64,000 nucleotides of DNA from a virus (Duplodnaviria > Caudoviricetes). The stretch spans positions 30,755 to 94,754 of IMG/VR virus record IMGVR_UViG_3300023100_000003. One strand, given 5' to 3'. A program made the translations under genes and the position numbers. This document shows positions 1-9,456 of the stretch, in pieces (the stretch's first letter is position 1; the number at the start of each line of letters is the position of its first letter). Below the pieces are notes generated by a model. It searched no databases. It had not been told where the DNA came from and saw only the letters and a program-made list of their open reading frames with translations.

Positions 1-1252
1 CTTCACTTGCTGAACAGAAAGGTCGAAACCTGTCTAGTTTTGACTTATTAGTAGGTCTTACTTTAGAACTAAAACCTTCTTCAGATAGTTTTAACTGCAT
101 CATCTTAGCAGCAGCTTTACCCGCTGCTCCAGGATCTTGAGGTAGAATAATTTCTACTCTTGATCCGTCACGTTTTCCGTTCTCTACTATATGTTTATGT
201 ACTTCACCATAAGTACCTCTAAACCTTGTTACTTCTTCAATTACATAAGTTCCATCTCTAAGGAAATGCATTTTTACAGAAGCGGTATAGTCTGGATTTG
301 GAGTAGTTTCTGATTTCTTATTACCCGCAATATCATATGCACGACAGGATTTTATTATATCTTTTGGGTGAGGCGCTTGAGGTATTTCAGTACACCATTC
401 TGATTTCCAAAATCCGCTTGTCTCTTCACGAATATTCCAGTTACCATAAAGGTCTCGTTCTTTTCGAACTTTCTTTAAACCTTGTAGGTTTGCTAAATAT
501 CCGGGATTTGCTTTTATAAGCGGAGGGTTGTCAAAAATATTTGCACCGATCATAGTCATAGAAAGAGGCAGAACATCAGCACCAAACTTTTCTATTAACT
601 CTTCTCTTGTATCTCCCCAAACCATCTCATTATCAATACGTATGAACCATCTGCGAACACCACACTTATCTGGGTCAGCACGTCCTGCATGTTCATGACC
701 TTCAGGCAACAACCACCAATCCACCCAATCTCTTAGGAAACTTGAAGGTGAAGGGTTGCAGGTTAAAACCATTTGAGGTTTCATTTTAGCTTTGGTACGT
801 AAACGAGACAAAACCATTAGGGCATGGTCGAGCTGGATTTCTGTCGCCTCATCTATCAAACAGAATGAAAACTGACCACCACGCATCGACTCAGCATCTT
901 TATCTGTTTCAAGATGGCTGAACACTATTTCAGCTTTAGATGGGAATATAAATTTTTGAGCTTTGTGATTTACTTTCACTTGATTATTGGTAAAGGCACT
1001 ATACATACCTTTAGCTTCGTCGAAAATAAATCCTGATTTCATGATCGTAGAAGAATTTCTACGAATAACTATCCCTCTAAAATGAGGATCATCTACCCAT
1101 TTTAGAAGTTTTAATAATGACGTGTAAGTCTTCCCAGACCCCATAGATCCACCATATACAATGATGTCACTTAAGTCATCTTGTAAAAGTAGAGCTTGTT
1201 TGAGTGATGCGGGTCCAAAGGAATACATAGACTCTTCAGGAGCATCTATCAT
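1..1252 (-). CDS. terL: Terminase large subunit (N-terminal part; runs off the left edge; not in the ORF track)
   Basis: Manual minus-strand translation from ATG at 1252 gives MIDAPEESMYSFGPASLKQALLLQDDLSDIIVYGGSMGSGKT (Walker A), then FCLIDEATEI (Walker B), LTCNPSP (coupling motif) and RAYDIAG (start of the RNase H-like nuclease domain). Confidence 0.9.
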   Translation of the reverse strand, partial: MIDAPEESMYSFGPASLKQALLLQDDLSDIIVYGGSMGSGKTYTSLLKLLKWVDDPHFRGIVIRRNSSTIMKSGFIFDEAKGMYSAFTNNQVKVNHKAQKFIFPSKAEIVFSHLETDKDAESMRGGQFSFCLIDEATEIQLDHALMVLSRLRTKAKMKPQMVLTCNPSPSSFLRDWVDWWLLPEGHEHAGRADPDKCGVRRWFIRIDNEMVWGDTREELIEKFGADVLPLSMTMIGANIFDNPPLIKANPGYLANLQGLKKVRKERDLYGNWNIREETSGFWKSEWCTEIPQAPHPKDIIKSCRAYDIAGNKKSETTPNPDYTASVKMHFLRDGTYVIEEVTRFRGTYGEVHKHIVENGKRDGSRVEIILPQDPGAAGKAAAKMMQLKLSEEGFSSKVRPTNKSKLDRFRPFCSASE

Positions 1253-1261
1253 TCTTTATTC

Positions 1262-1537
1262 CTAAACAGCTAAGGCCACACTAACAGGGCTTACCGTAAC
1301 GGATTTAGCTACTTTATAATTTGCACTACCAGATAACACTTTGAAAGGAACAGTGGCTGTGAGACGGTTAGCATCTCCTGTAGTAACAAAACCAGCACCA
1401 TGTTCAACAAGAATGTCTACATATTCACCACCAGTTAAACCACTAGCAGATACTACTTTAGTACTACCACTCTTAACCCCAACAATAGCTGCTGAAGTTT
1501 CTGCTGCTGTCTTAGCAGTGATAAGGATTACTGACAT
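1262..1537 (-). CDS. Small hypothetical protein, possibly virion-associated
   Basis: 91-aa Ala/Thr/Val-rich ORF directly upstream of terL on the same strand. Confidence 0.6.
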   Translation of the reverse strand: MSVILITAKTAAETSAAIVGVKSGSTKVVSASGLTGGEYVDILVEHGAGFVTTGDANRLTATVPFKVLSGSANYKVAKSVTVSPVSVALAV

Positions 1538-1814
1538 TATTATTGCCTTTGATTATTTTAAGGAAAATATTTATGATATAAAATAGAATCCCTGAACAGA
1601 CATTTCTGCTCTAATTGCATGGTGTGGTTCAGGGAGGGAAAAAGGGGAGTTTCTACTAACACAAGAAACTGATAACCAGTGTGTCTAACAAGACAAGACA
1701 TCTTTATGCAGATGTTATTAGATTGCTTGAGTAGATTAAGTCCGGCTTCCTCTACGACTGTTTATCCAGCATTTCCAGCTCATGGTGGTGCATCTGATAT
1801 TAACCAAGCAAATT

Positions 1815-1891
1815 TGGTCTCTTCTGAATGATTCGAACATTCGGTTTCTTCGTCCCAAACGAAGCGACTTGACCAGCTAGCCTAAGAAGAG
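1815..1891 (-). tRNA. tRNA-Pro (TGG)
   Basis: Reverse complement CTCTTCT TAGGCTAGCTGGTCAAGTCG CTTCG TTTGGGA CGAAG AAACC GAATG TTCGAAT CATTC AGAAGAG A CCA folds as a cloverleaf with encoded CCA. Confidence 0.92.
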
Positions 1892-1895
1892 ATAT

Positions 1896-1971
1896 TGGAT
1901 GCTGAAGCCTTGGATTCGAACCAAGAATAAAAGGTTATGAGCCTCTTGTGATACCATTTCACTAGCCAGCA
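1896..1971 (-). tRNA. tRNA with CAT anticodon (Met/Ile2 class), atypical acceptor stem
   Basis: Reverse complement TGCTGGC TA GTGA AATGGTA TCAC A AGAGG CTCATAA CCTTT TATT CTTGG TTCGAAT CCAAG GCTTCAGCA T CCA; the 3' acceptor strand has 2 extra nt. Confidence 0.8.
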
Positions 1972-2149
1972 ATAATTAAAGATGGTACGTTATTATCCAT
2001 CTACGTCTCTCTGTTATCACAGGTACTCCTTGCAGCAGTTGTACCTTGATGTGGAGTGTAGCCCAACTTAATAAGACTTCTAGAAGCCTAGGAAATATCC
2101 AGAAGGACGTTAAGTTGTTCCTTCCCAGACAACCGTTAACTTAATAACT

Positions 2150-2280
2150 TATGTTAGGGAAAAGTTCGAGTCTTGTTCGCAGTCATGCCAAGAGAAACAT
2201 GGAGGAAAAGGGAATCACCTAGGAGGGAAATGATCACCTTACTGCTTTGAGGACATAACGAGGAGGAGAGGTTATGTTTA
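2150..2280 (-). ncRNA. Putative structured RNA with CU-rich (anti-Shine-Dalgarno-like) loops
   Basis: Minus-strand hairpin ACATAAC-CTCTCCTCCTC-GTTATGT (2253-2277) and a GCAGT/ACTGC-closed structure (2179-2245) containing TTTCCCTCCTA and TTTTCCTCC. Confidence 0.45.
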
Positions 2281-2283
2281 TTC

Positions 2284-2706
2284 TTATTTGTCTTCTGTAG
2301 ATCGTACCGTTAAGCTGAGCTTTGATACATTATTGGGCTTAGGTACTTCTTCCACAGGTACTTTAGCTGGGGTGGAATCTTCCTTAGAATAAAGCTCTTT
2401 AATGGCTTCTTCAAATTTATCCATAAGCGTCTTAGCTGCTGTACATCTTACATTAGCTGATACTTGATTCATCTTAGCTAAGTCATCTTCTACAACAAGC
2501 TCATCCTTAGATGAATCCTTCTCTTTAGATTTAACTTTAGAGATATCAATACCCGCAAGCTTAGCTAATTCTTCAGCAGCTGGTTTATAATAAGGTTTCA
2601 GGGTTGCTATGATTTCTCTCTTGATGAGAGCTTGACGTTCTGTTACTTCGGAATTAGGAGGTCTACCAGCACCCCTCTTAGGGGAGTCTTTAAACTTTGT
2701 AGCCAT
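2284..2706 (-). CDS. Candidate terminase small subunit / basic DNA-binding protein
   Basis: N-terminal KRGAGRPP motif, helical body, located upstream of the tRNAs and terL. Confidence 0.4.
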   Translation of the reverse strand: MATKFKDSPKRGAGRPPNSEVTERQALIKREIIATLKPYYKPAAEELAKLAGIDISKVKSKEKDSSKDELVVEDDLAKMNQVSANVRCTAAKTLMDKFEEAIKELYSKEDSTPAKVPVEEVPKPNNVSKLSLTVRSTEDK

Positions 2707-2819
2707 TTGTTTATCTCTTATACTTTTTTAATCTACTATATATAGTATCTCATATATTTCTATATAATACCATTTTATGGTAAAATATTTTTGTCAATAT
2801 AGTTAACACTTTTTAACAT

Positions 2820-3023
2820 TTATTCTTCCCAATCATATTCGCTATGGATTATTCCTGTAATATCTTGAAATGCATAATCTTTGACCACCAGAGAATCTAC
2901 ATTGATTATATACTTTCTAATACAATCCTCGCAGAAGTCCTCTTTATATAAAGTACCGTCTGATAATGTCTTATATTCTTCTTCCTCTGAAAGAGGTGCC
3001 CCACATGATGTGCATTTATTCAT
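2820..3023 (-). CDS. Small zinc-finger protein
   Basis: CTSC...CEDC. Confidence 0.6.
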   Translation of the reverse strand: MNKCTSCGAPLSEEEEYKTLSDGTLYKEDFCEDCIRKYIINVDSLVVKDYAFQDITGIIHSEYDWEE

Positions 3024-3063
3024 ATTTATTATATCTTATGGTTAAGCCCTTATGAAAGGGCAC

Positions 3064-3876
3064 TTAATTTCCTAGTCCTTGAATACATAATCTCATACTT
3101 TTAGGTAATTTACCATTATATGCTTCTCTTATTTTGACAACATGTCTGAGAGTATATTCTGGAGAATTTATATATTTATCATATATCTGATTTAACTCTT
3201 TGGATCTTTCTCTTCGAGTAATAATAGTGTAAACAGAATTATAGGACAACCCTAACAAATCACCTATAGCTTTAGAAGATACTCCATTCCTATTCAGAGC
3301 AAAAATAACAAGAATATTTTGCCAAACTTCTTTATAACTTCTGCCTAGGGATTGCGACAAATAAAATAAATCGTAAGGCACCCCATTTCTTTGAAAATCT
3401 TCTTTAGTACACAATTTTCTGATTGTTGATTCTACATACCCACAAGTGTCTCTATAAGTTATAAATCTATCTGTTAAATAAATCCTATAATCTTCATCTC
3501 TCACTGGAGCAGGGCATAATCCCATTTCATACATGTGTATAGTGTTTTCAGAACGAGTAGCCCATTCCAAATTATCTAATTTATTATTGAGCTTATTACC
3601 ATCTTTGTGATTGACTTCAGGTTTATTCTCAGGATTGGGGATAAAGGCTTCTGCTACAATTCTATGCAGATAAAGTGAACTAGCTACACCATCGTCAGCT
3701 GTAAGGCAAAGTAACCTGTAAGTTTTAGAATCTCGTGATTTATCGTACATAACTGCGCCTACCATTCTGTAAGGCTCTCCCTTCCTCAGAACACTAAAAA
3801 CTTCAGAATCTTTCGTCACATAATATCTTCCTTCAAATCCTTTTATCCATTTCCTGTCTTCATTCATTTCTATCAT
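3064..3876 (-). CDS. HNH homing endonuclease (NUMOD4-like N-terminus plus HNH domain)
   Basis: WIKGFEGRYYV N-terminus; LHRIVAEAFIPNPENKPEVNHKDGNKLNNKLDNLEWATRSEN. Confidence 0.9.
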   Translation of the reverse strand: MIEMNEDRKWIKGFEGRYYVTKDSEVFSVLRKGEPYRMVGAVMYDKSRDSKTYRLLCLTADDGVASSLYLHRIVAEAFIPNPENKPEVNHKDGNKLNNKLDNLEWATRSENTIHMYEMGLCPAPVRDEDYRIYLTDRFITYRDTCGYVESTIRKLCTKEDFQRNGVPYDLFYLSQSLGRSYKEVWQNILVIFALNRNGVSSKAIGDLLGLSYNSVYTIITRRERSKELNQIYDKYINSPEYTLRHVVKIREAYNGKLPKSMRLCIQGLGN

Positions 3877-4274
3877 AACCCGCGATACTCCTTCTCTTTC
3901 AAGTAAAACTCATAATGATTCAATGTCTGATTCACTTCACAATACTCTATAACAGAGATTAAGTGATCATTACTCATATCTCGCAGAGATACCCAATGCA
4001 ATGGCTCTGTTCCTTTCTTACCAAATGATCCTCTAGCGAGGTGTAACCTGACAACTTCAAAGGGTGCATCTGAGAACACAGATAAATCTTCATAATCATC
4101 TGGATCACCCATACGCTTACAATAGTCTAATCCACCATCTACACTCAGCTTACCACAACTACAGGGTACACAGTGATGTCTATATCGACTTATCACAACA
4201 TCATTACAGCTCTTACACATAGCTTTGTTGGCTATAATCTTAACGTAGTCTTTATTATCTGATAACACAATCAC
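3873..4274 (-). CDS. Phage zinc-binding hypothetical protein
   Basis: CKSC...SRYRHHCVPCSCGKLSVDGG. Confidence 0.65.
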   Translation of the reverse strand: MIVLSDNKDYVKIIANKAMCKSCNDVVISRYRHHCVPCSCGKLSVDGGLDYCKRMGDPDDYEDLSVFSDAPFEVVRLHLARGSFGKKGTEPLHWVSLRDMSNDHLISVIEYCEVNQTLNHYEFYLKEKEYRGL

Positions 4275-4282
4275 CTCCTATA

Positions 4283-5384
4283 TTAGCTTATACTAAATGT
4301 TTTTAATGCTTTCATTATCTCTGTATATGACTGAGTAGAGGGTGGATACCTTTTCTTCAATTCACATTCAGTTGCAAACAATGTAATCTCTTCGTCTTCT
4401 GATGGAAGCCCTATATCATAATTATGAGCTTTAATAGGGCCATGATCATAGATACTACCATTGTAACTGGTTTTACAATTAATGGGTAATACATCCTCAA
4501 TGGTATACACTCCATTAAACTGAGGATGAGTTAAACTAGTGAATGTTACTTCTTCTCCAATACTGTACTTAGGATTACTCATACTACCCTCCATCACATT
4601 TAACAGGGATTACAACGTCATCACAATAATTATCATCGTATACTTTGTATACAGTATATGCTAACAAGAAAACCACAATTGTTATACAACAGACGGATTG
4701 TTTATATTTCATTTCTGTAGTTCTTCCATCATCCACTTAAACTCTTTGTATTCTTTTAGTAGAGCATCATAATCTTGTGCAGAAACCCAATCACCTCTAA
4801 CAACTGTAGTTTCAAACATCTCCTTACCATCATTCCAGATACCATAGTAATCATTAAATGTTTCATACCGTTTTACATTCTCAAAATCTTGCATATTTAT
4901 TCTCCAAAATATTGCCATAGCACAGCATTACAAACACTATGTACAGCACCAATTGTTAAGCCAGTATTATGGCAATGATGTAAGTGTACAGGATACTTAA
5001 AGAAAGAGCTAGGGAATAATGATTCTTTTATTTTAAACTTAAGTACTTTATCGCTTGGATCAAGGTTAAGTGAATTACCACAATGAGAACATTTACCATT
5101 CTGTATTCTTATGTACTCTTCTCTAACCAAACGTCTTTCTGGTTGAGTTAGTCTGTTATAATCTACTGGTAGTTTCATAGTGAGCTAAACACCTGAGCAA
5201 GCTCTACTTCATACTTAGCTTTTTTATTAGTCATAGGATCAAATCCATCAGTAACATTAAGACCAACCACTATCCACTGCTTACCAAAAGCTTCATATAC
5301 CTTATGTCTATATCCATCGCAATACTCTACGTATTCGTCTTGGGTGATGCTAAATTTTATTTGATTCATCTTACTTAACCTCAA
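4283..5384 (-). other. Cluster of small hypothetical CDS (4283-4597, 4709-4894, 5175-5369) flanking the EndoVII gene
   Basis: Tightly packed co-directional ORFs. Confidence 0.6.
4897..5178 (-). CDS. Endonuclease VII-like (His-Me finger) nuclease
   Basis: QNGKCSHCG...LHHCHNTGLTIGAVHSVCNAVL matches the EndoVII pattern DH.H.TG.VRG.LC..CN. Confidence 0.75.
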   Translation of the reverse strand: MKLPVDYNRLTQPERRLVREEYIRIQNGKCSHCGNSLNLDPSDKVLKFKIKESLFPSSFFKYPVHLHHCHNTGLTIGAVHSVCNAVLWQYFGE

Positions 5385-6666
5385 TTACACAATTATGGCT
5401 ACTACCCAACACTTGTTCAAAACATCCTCTCATAACTTCTATCCCCTCATCTTTAAATCGTTCTTTAACAATTATACTATCATGCACAGGAATGATAACT
5501 TCTCCAATACTGTTGAAATGGCCTATCACTAGATCCATTATTTTACTATCAATATTCTGTAATAGCAATCCCTTAGGTTCATGGAACCATAATCTAATGT
5601 AATCATTCCGTTCTACGATAGCTTCAATGATTGCAGTATAGTCTATAAACTTAGGACATTTACCTTCTTCTACGAGTTTAGGTACAACCCCCTCTACGAA
5701 CATCATGTTAGCTAGATTTCTCCTTGACTCCCACCAACTAGCTACCCCTTTTGGATCAACACTAATACCACTATTCAAGAGTATTAAAGATGCAAACTTA
5801 CCAAAGTATCTGCATGTACGATCTTCATAATTAGGCAAAGTAATTGCATAGGGGTCAAAATCAACATCAAGTTCAATTCCATCTAAGGTAGCTGCTATTC
5901 TGGGGTGTAATGACTTGAAGTCAATCTCTACAGTTGGTTCTCCATCTATCCTAATCTTAGGTCTAATACCACGTTCCATAATCTTAGCTCCATCACCTAT
6001 AACAAAACTTCGCCCACCTTGCTCAAATGATGAGTTATTGTAAACTTTCTTTAGTTGAATATCATAACACTCTTCCCCGACTTCTATCATACTACTTCTA
6101 GTCATCTTGTTATACTTGTTTAGCATTTGAACTACTTCTTTCTGATAAAAGGGTAGAGGTGTTACTACTGGCTTCTTGTCAGAGTTTCTTATTTCCAAGA
6201 CTGAAGGTATTGTAGGTATCCTACTCTTGTAACAAATAGTCTTAAGATGTTCGTACAACTCTTCACTTAGCCTCATACTGGAGCTTATTGTCTTATCTGG
6301 AACTAATATACCACCCTTCATTACCCAAGAGCCTATACACCCTACAGTTAGATTACCTCTACCTGAGTAGTGCAACCAATCGAAAACACTTCTAGAGAAT
6401 GTGTAGGATACTTTACGGTTAACTTTAGTTCCATTATAGATCAAAGGTAAGCTGTAAGTCTCTTTATGTAAAACTACAGGAACTTCATCTCTACCAAAAG
6501 ATACTTGATACATTGCATTATATACAAAACAAGCAACAGCTTGGTATATCTTTGTTTTCTTGCTTTCTGTAAGCTTCAGTATTACTTGTTGGCCATACTC
6601 TTCTATGTATTCGTTATACAGATTTTCTACAGTGGTAGTAAGGTATTTAGGAACCTTATAATCCAT
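5371..6666 (-). CDS. Family-A/T7-RNAP-related polymerase without exonuclease domain (TV-Pol-like)
   Basis: QGGRSF, motif A IDGEPTVEIDFKSLHPRI, O-helix-like RYFGKFASLILLN, LQNIDSKIM, motif C IPVHDSIIV; likely start MDYK at 6666. Confidence 0.75.
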   Translation of the reverse strand: MDYKVPKYLTTTVENLYNEYIEEYGQQVILKLTESKKTKIYQAVACFVYNAMYQVSFGRDEVPVVLHKETYSLPLIYNGTKVNRKVSYTFSRSVFDWLHYSGRGNLTVGCIGSWVMKGGILVPDKTISSSMRLSEELYEHLKTICYKSRIPTIPSVLEIRNSDKKPVVTPLPFYQKEVVQMLNKYNKMTRSSMIEVGEECYDIQLKKVYNNSSFEQGGRSFVIGDGAKIMERGIRPKIRIDGEPTVEIDFKSLHPRIAATLDGIELDVDFDPYAITLPNYEDRTCRYFGKFASLILLNSGISVDPKGVASWWESRRNLANMMFVEGVVPKLVEEGKCPKFIDYTAIIEAIVERNDYIRLWFHEPKGLLLQNIDSKIMDLVIGHFNSIGEVIIPVHDSIIVKERFKDEGIEVMRGCFEQVLGSSHNCVIEVK

Positions 6667-6907
6667 TAGATAAATACTAATAATACATCTCCATACTACT
6701 ACTCCTTCATTAGTGAACAAAAAGTTAATAAAATAGCTCTCTAACCCAAGCACAGCAAGGGTTTCAGGGTTAAAAAGAGGTTAAATAAATCCCTCTACAT
6801 AAGTACTACTATACACCTCTTTTTCTAGAATACTAGCCCCTCCTATAGATTTGTTTGTTATTTAAACCGATGAAGTTATAACCCAAATATCAACTACCTC
6901 TATTTCC

Positions 6908-6952
6908 ACGTCTACAAGCCATTTTAACCCTTTACCTAGGCCGTAGTATTCC
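6908..6952. repeat. Dispersed intergenic element, copy A (ACGTCTACA-N27-TAGTATTCC)
   Basis: The same two 9-mers recur at 25099-25143 and, inverted, at 33558-33601. Confidence 0.8.
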
Positions 6953-7085
6953 TTTTACTATAAAACGTTCCTATGACGCTTATACGAAGCCGTATGGCTA
7001 TTGTAGCATTACACATCAACCATTATAAACACATATTAGAATAGTACAAGCATTATTTAATATAAAATATATTTACTCTTACCTC

Positions 7086-7114
7086 TTGTATTTAAGCATA
7101 CCTCATGGTAATAT
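7086..7114 (+). promoter_or_regulatory. sigma70-like promoter for the rightward arm
   Basis: TTGTAT-N17-TAATAT with TG upstream of the -10. Confidence 0.55.
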
Positions 7115-7155
7115 TCTCTTATGAACTTAAAGAAGTGTTCATTTATCAATATCTT

Positions 7156-7873
7156 AAACAACAAAGGAGTCTATATGACACAAGAGAAAGCAGTAAATAC
7201 TAAAGTAGTACACCTAAAACTATCCAATCCACGTACTAGCTTATTCGTTAATGCAGTGATTACAGCTGTAGAGGATGGATGGAGTAGACTAGCAGATCCA
7301 GCTAAGGTACATACAGGAAGTCCATTACGTATATTATTACAGAAAGAAGTACCTGTAGATAGCTTCTGGCCACAAGAGACATCATGGAATTGTCATGCGG
7401 ATTCATTTCCTACAGAACCTGTAGACGATACAGAACTATGGGAAAATGGTGAATTAGGTGCAAGTGTTGGACATACTGTAGTTAGTGATGTTCAAATTAC
7501 AGGTATAGATCCTATCATCCAAGCAGTTATTGATATTCCTGTAGATCTATCTTCAGAAGAAGCTATGAATGAATTGGCTGATCTTACTGAAGAATTGGGT
7601 TTAGATGAGCCTATGGACAATCCTCTAATTAAACCTGAAGATAATACTAGTGCTTCTGATCCTGAACAACCACTAGATGTTGTGTCAAGTGATATTGTAA
7701 ATAAAACATCAGATGGATTTGAGCAACGTCCTTACACTTCAGAAGAACTTCAAGACTGGAATTGGGCAAATCTGACTAAGCTCGGAGCCAGTGTTAAAGC
7801 TGAGAAAGGAAAGAAGCCTGAACTAATTGCAGCTATTGTTAAACTATCACAAGAGCAATGGGGAAGTGTATGA
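7156..7873 (+). CDS. Acidic hypothetical protein with possible C-terminal HeH/Rho-N-like helical module
   Basis: AAGGAG RBS before MTQEK; C-terminal YTSEELQDWNWANLTKLG...KKPELIAAI. Confidence 0.6.
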
Positions 7874-8705
7874 GTTTCAAACTTCTAGCTACTGAACTAA
7901 GAAAAGCTTTAGCCGATATTGAGGAAGCTGAAGCAAATGGTTTTATGCATTGTGAAGCTGTATTTCAAACTTATGGAGTAGATGGTGTGTTTACAGTTTT
8001 GAAATATTCTGATTTATGGGAGAAAGCACATCCTACAGATATGCGATTAGATTGGGGAAGATTTCAGAATGTAACTAAGAGACGTAAATTTGTTAATGGA
8101 GGTTTAGTGTAATGTCTATTAAAAAATATAATTTCACTGTAACTAAAACTTATGAAGTAGAAGTTAAAATTGATTCCGATAAAATTAATGAGGATTTCCT
8201 AGCAACTTTTAGAACCTATATGTGGGATGTAGAAGATGAAGGAGATATTGCAAACCATATTGCCAGATGTACTGCTTTTGATTTTGATCCCGAAGGTGTT
8301 GGTTTGCTTAAGAAATGGGACGAATCTGAAGAACAACAAATGTCAAGATGGGGTTTCAACTCTAAAGTGCTATATGAAGATGATGAGGTGGATTTAAGTA
8401 GTGAGTAAATATTCCTTTACCTAATAAGAAACTTACTATATAATAACCTTACACCAACCAAAAAGGAGATACCTAATGAACAAGATACTAAACACAATCC
8501 TAAAGAATAGAATATCAAATATAATCTTTACATTTCTTTTAACTGTTTTAACTTTTACAGGAGCTTGTTTTGTTAGTGCTGGTGTAGGGAGTCTTATAGT
8601 AATATTTGTTAGTGGTGGGGTAGCATTTAAAGTAATAGAGTGGTCAGACAGCAGACACAAGGAGCTGAATGGTCTTAAATTAAATAATTTGGAGTAGTAT
8701 ATTTT

Positions 8706-9446
8706 ATGAAAAGATCTAGTTATAACCCAGATGAAAATACATTGAAAGCTAAGAAAGAACGTGGACAGACACGTAGAGTAAATACTAAGTTCGAAGATGA
8801 ACATCATAAAGTTGAACCTATTCAAGCTAAAAATGAATTTCAGAAGAAAGTACTGAAAGCTTTCAAAACCAAACAGATTATAGCACTTATCACTCCTGCC
8901 GGTTGTGGCAAAAGTTACCTAGCGATGAGCCAAGCAGCAGATTGGTTTGTAAATGGAGATATTGATAAAATTACAATCGCCAGAACTGCTGTAGGAATGG
9001 GACGTACTCACGGATTTTTGAAAGGCAGTTTGGAGGAAAAGTACACCCCTTTCCTGATGCCACTTATCGAAGTCTTTACTAAACGGTATGGGCAGGGGAA
9101 GTATGAAACAGCTTTAGCTGCTGGAAATATCTCGATGACTGCTACCGAACATTTGAGAGGCCGTAACATTGAGGGGGTGGCGATCCTAGATGAGAGTCAA
9201 AACACTACTCCAGAAGAAATGTATAGTATCATCACCCGTCTAACGGAGGAAGGTAAACTATTCATATTAGGTGACCCTACACAGACAGATATTAAATCTT
9301 TAAATGGGTTAAGTTGGCTAAAAGAGTTTGTAGAAAAACATTCTCTACAAGAGTATATTGAAATAATTGAGGCTACTAGCGATGAAATCGTTCGTGGTGG
9401 TCTTTGTAAAGCCTTCGTTAAGGCTAAAGAATCAGAGAAAGTATAG
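8706..9446 (+). CDS. phoH: PhoH-family ATPase
   Basis: TPAGCGKSYLA, GFLKGSLEEK, HLRGRNI, ILDESQN, ILGDPTQTD. Confidence 0.93.
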   Translation: MKRSSYNPDENTLKAKKERGQTRRVNTKFEDEHHKVEPIQAKNEFQKKVLKAFKTKQIIALITPAGCGKSYLAMSQAADWFVNGDIDKITIARTAVGMGRTHGFLKGSLEEKYTPFLMPLIEVFTKRYGQGKYETALAAGNISMTATEHLRGRNIEGVAILDESQNTTPEEMYSIITRLTEEGKLFILGDPTQTDIKSLNGLSWLKEFVEKHSLQEYIEIIEATSDEIVRGGLCKAFVKAKESEKV

Positions 9447-9456
9447 GAGATACTAA

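Noticed and set aside
337-519. Plus-strand 60-aa ORF, and 1341-1586
   Set aside because: Antisense shadows of terL and the 1262-1537 gene
6667-6753. N-terminal extension of the polymerase-like ORF in the track
   Set aside because: Non-ATG start with no RBS; MDYK at 6666 is the more plausible start
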